Part shown: piece by piece, positions 62,751-64,000 of the stretch
How the letters are laid out: each line of letters opens with the position of its first letter
Position numbering within the stretch: position 1 is the first letter of the stretch
DNA from: Sminthopsis crassicaudata
Lineage: Eukaryota
Direction of reading: 5' to 3'
DNA: 64,000 nt
NCBI RefSeq assembly: GCF_048593235.1
Contig: NC_133621.1
Span: 299,035,146-299,099,145 of the forward strand
Made by a program: the position numbers and the translations under genes
Notes under the pieces: model-generated
Database searches by the model: none
The model's input: only the letters and a program-made list of their open reading frames with translations
What the model was told of the DNA's origin: nothing

Positions 62751-63846
62751 ATGGTCAAGGTGAATGCGCCAGAGGGTACATAGACCGAGAGTGTCTTTGC
62801 ACATACAGGGTATGGGCTGAGGGTCCAGGTGTATCATCTGAAGTTAGGGCTTGGGAAGAAGAAGGGAGTGTCCTGGAACGAGTCGGGATGCTCTACCCTT
62901 CCTGTCTGTATGACTAAGGCTTCCTCTCTCTCTCCTTCCCTATCCCCTCATCCTTATCTTACTGACTCTGGAAAAAGCCGCCCTTTCTATTCCCAGCTTC
63001 ATCCTGCATCTGTGAGTTATCCATGGCTGCTGATTCCAAGATCTTTCACAAGCTGCTAAGTCCAGACAGATCCTGGAGAAAGGGGAACAAGGGGAAAGTG
63101 GGAGTTAATGGATTAAATTTAAGGTGTCCCCTGACTCTCAGAGGCTGCACTTGAGTGGGGTTTGGTAAGTAGGATGTAGGAGGATTCCCTTCCTGGAGTA
63201 AAGAGAGAAAGAAAAGAGGGAGACAGGTAGAGCTCGAGCTTCAGACTTGCTGGAATGAATGACTGTCTTACAGAGTTAACTCCAGCCTATCCTGGTGGTA
63301 TAGGAAGTGTCCTGGCTGAAGGGGATCCATTAGAAAGGCTGTAGACTGCAGACTGGCTGGAACGGAAGGCCAAGTGATTCACTAGAATCTTCCAAAATCT
63401 AACCTCCATCTCCCCTTTAAAAATAAAACCTCATTAACCTCACAACTAACCTTCTTGCCTGTTGTCTAGGAAGCCATCTCAGAAGACTCCCTTCACCCTT
63501 CCCCCCAATTATTCTCTGTTGGTTTAGAACATGAAGGGACCCCACATCTGTGCAGCCCTGGTTCCCTTAAGTTTCTCCAAAAAAAGCATTGGAAAAGCCA
63601 AGTGCCTTTACCTTGGAGTTTCTGCCAAAGTCACCCTTGATTCCTCATGCAAACTAGCCTGAAGGCTTCCTAGAACCTTCCTGAACCGTGGCTGCTTCCC
63701 AGTTGGTGCTCTGGGTCTCCTCAGGTTCCAGCCAGTTCCAACCTTCCTCTATTTGATCTGTTTTAGGATATGGTTGCCTTTAACTTCAGATTACTACCTG
63801 GAGGGACTATAAAAATAGAAGGAGAGATTCCACCCGATGCCAAGCA
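62751..63846 (+). CDS. G6: galectin-1-like gene, exons 1-2 only (continues beyond the window), sister of G5
   Basis: Exon 1 62751-62759 (ATGGTCAAG|gtgaat). Exon 2 63767-63846 encodes DMVAFNFRLLPGGTIKIEGEIPPDAK with an intact AG/GT. Exons 3-4 are not in the window, so integrity is unconfirmed. Confidence 0.8.
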
Positions 63847-64000
63847 GTAAGTGGGAGGTGGGACACAACAATTAATCCCGAATGAAAGCTGAATATGTGA
63901 GCCCCCTGCTTGCACTTCACCTTGATCAGAAGCACCCACCTGGCTTTGCCTTGTGCCCAAGTAGCAGAGCCAGGACTCAGCATCAGGGGAAACTTCCCAA

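Noticed and set aside
3365-64000. Assigning LGALS1 or LGALS2 symbols
   Set aside because: No copy resembles the conserved galectin-1 N-terminus (MACGLVASNLNLKPG) or has the LGALS2 exon layout, so orthology cannot be fixed without a phylogeny.
1-64000. Prokaryotic systems, CRISPR arrays, rRNA or true tRNA genes
   Set aside because: The sequence is intron-containing vertebrate DNA. tRNA-like heads belong to SINEs, and no repeat-spacer array was seen.

Overview
Eukaryotic, intron-containing genomic DNA. The repeat content (tRNA-derived CORE-SINEs, marsupial-type L1 3' ends, RTE LINEs) points to a marsupial, probably a dasyurid; this is inferred, not proven. The window is a head-to-tail tandem array of galectin-1-derived genes on the + strand, which the ORF track shows only as fragments because the genes are spliced. 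I reconstructed five complete intact genes by hand: G1 3365-6165, G2 16578-19313, G3 32946-35752, G4 41231-43681 and G5 51472-53749. A sixth, G6, starts at 62751 and runs off the window end. There is also an exon-4-only pseudogene at 11164 and several orphan flank remnants. All complete genes have the LGALS1 coding-exon layout of 9/80/172/147 nt with GT-AG junctions, except exon 3 of G3 (160 nt) and exon 4 of G2 (183 nt). Each has a TATA-like motif about 115 nt upstream of the ATG and an AATAAA signal. The carbohydrate-binding residues differ between copies: canonical in G1 and G3, altered in G4, largely lost in G2 and G5. Exons of close paralogues differ almost only by amino-acid-changing substitutions, while neighbouring introns are up to about 98-100% identical. 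This looks like a lineage-specific, rapidly diversifying galectin repertoire undergoing birth-and-death evolution. Intergenic DNA consists of duplicated unit flanks plus L1, RTE and SINE insertions, with two N gaps.
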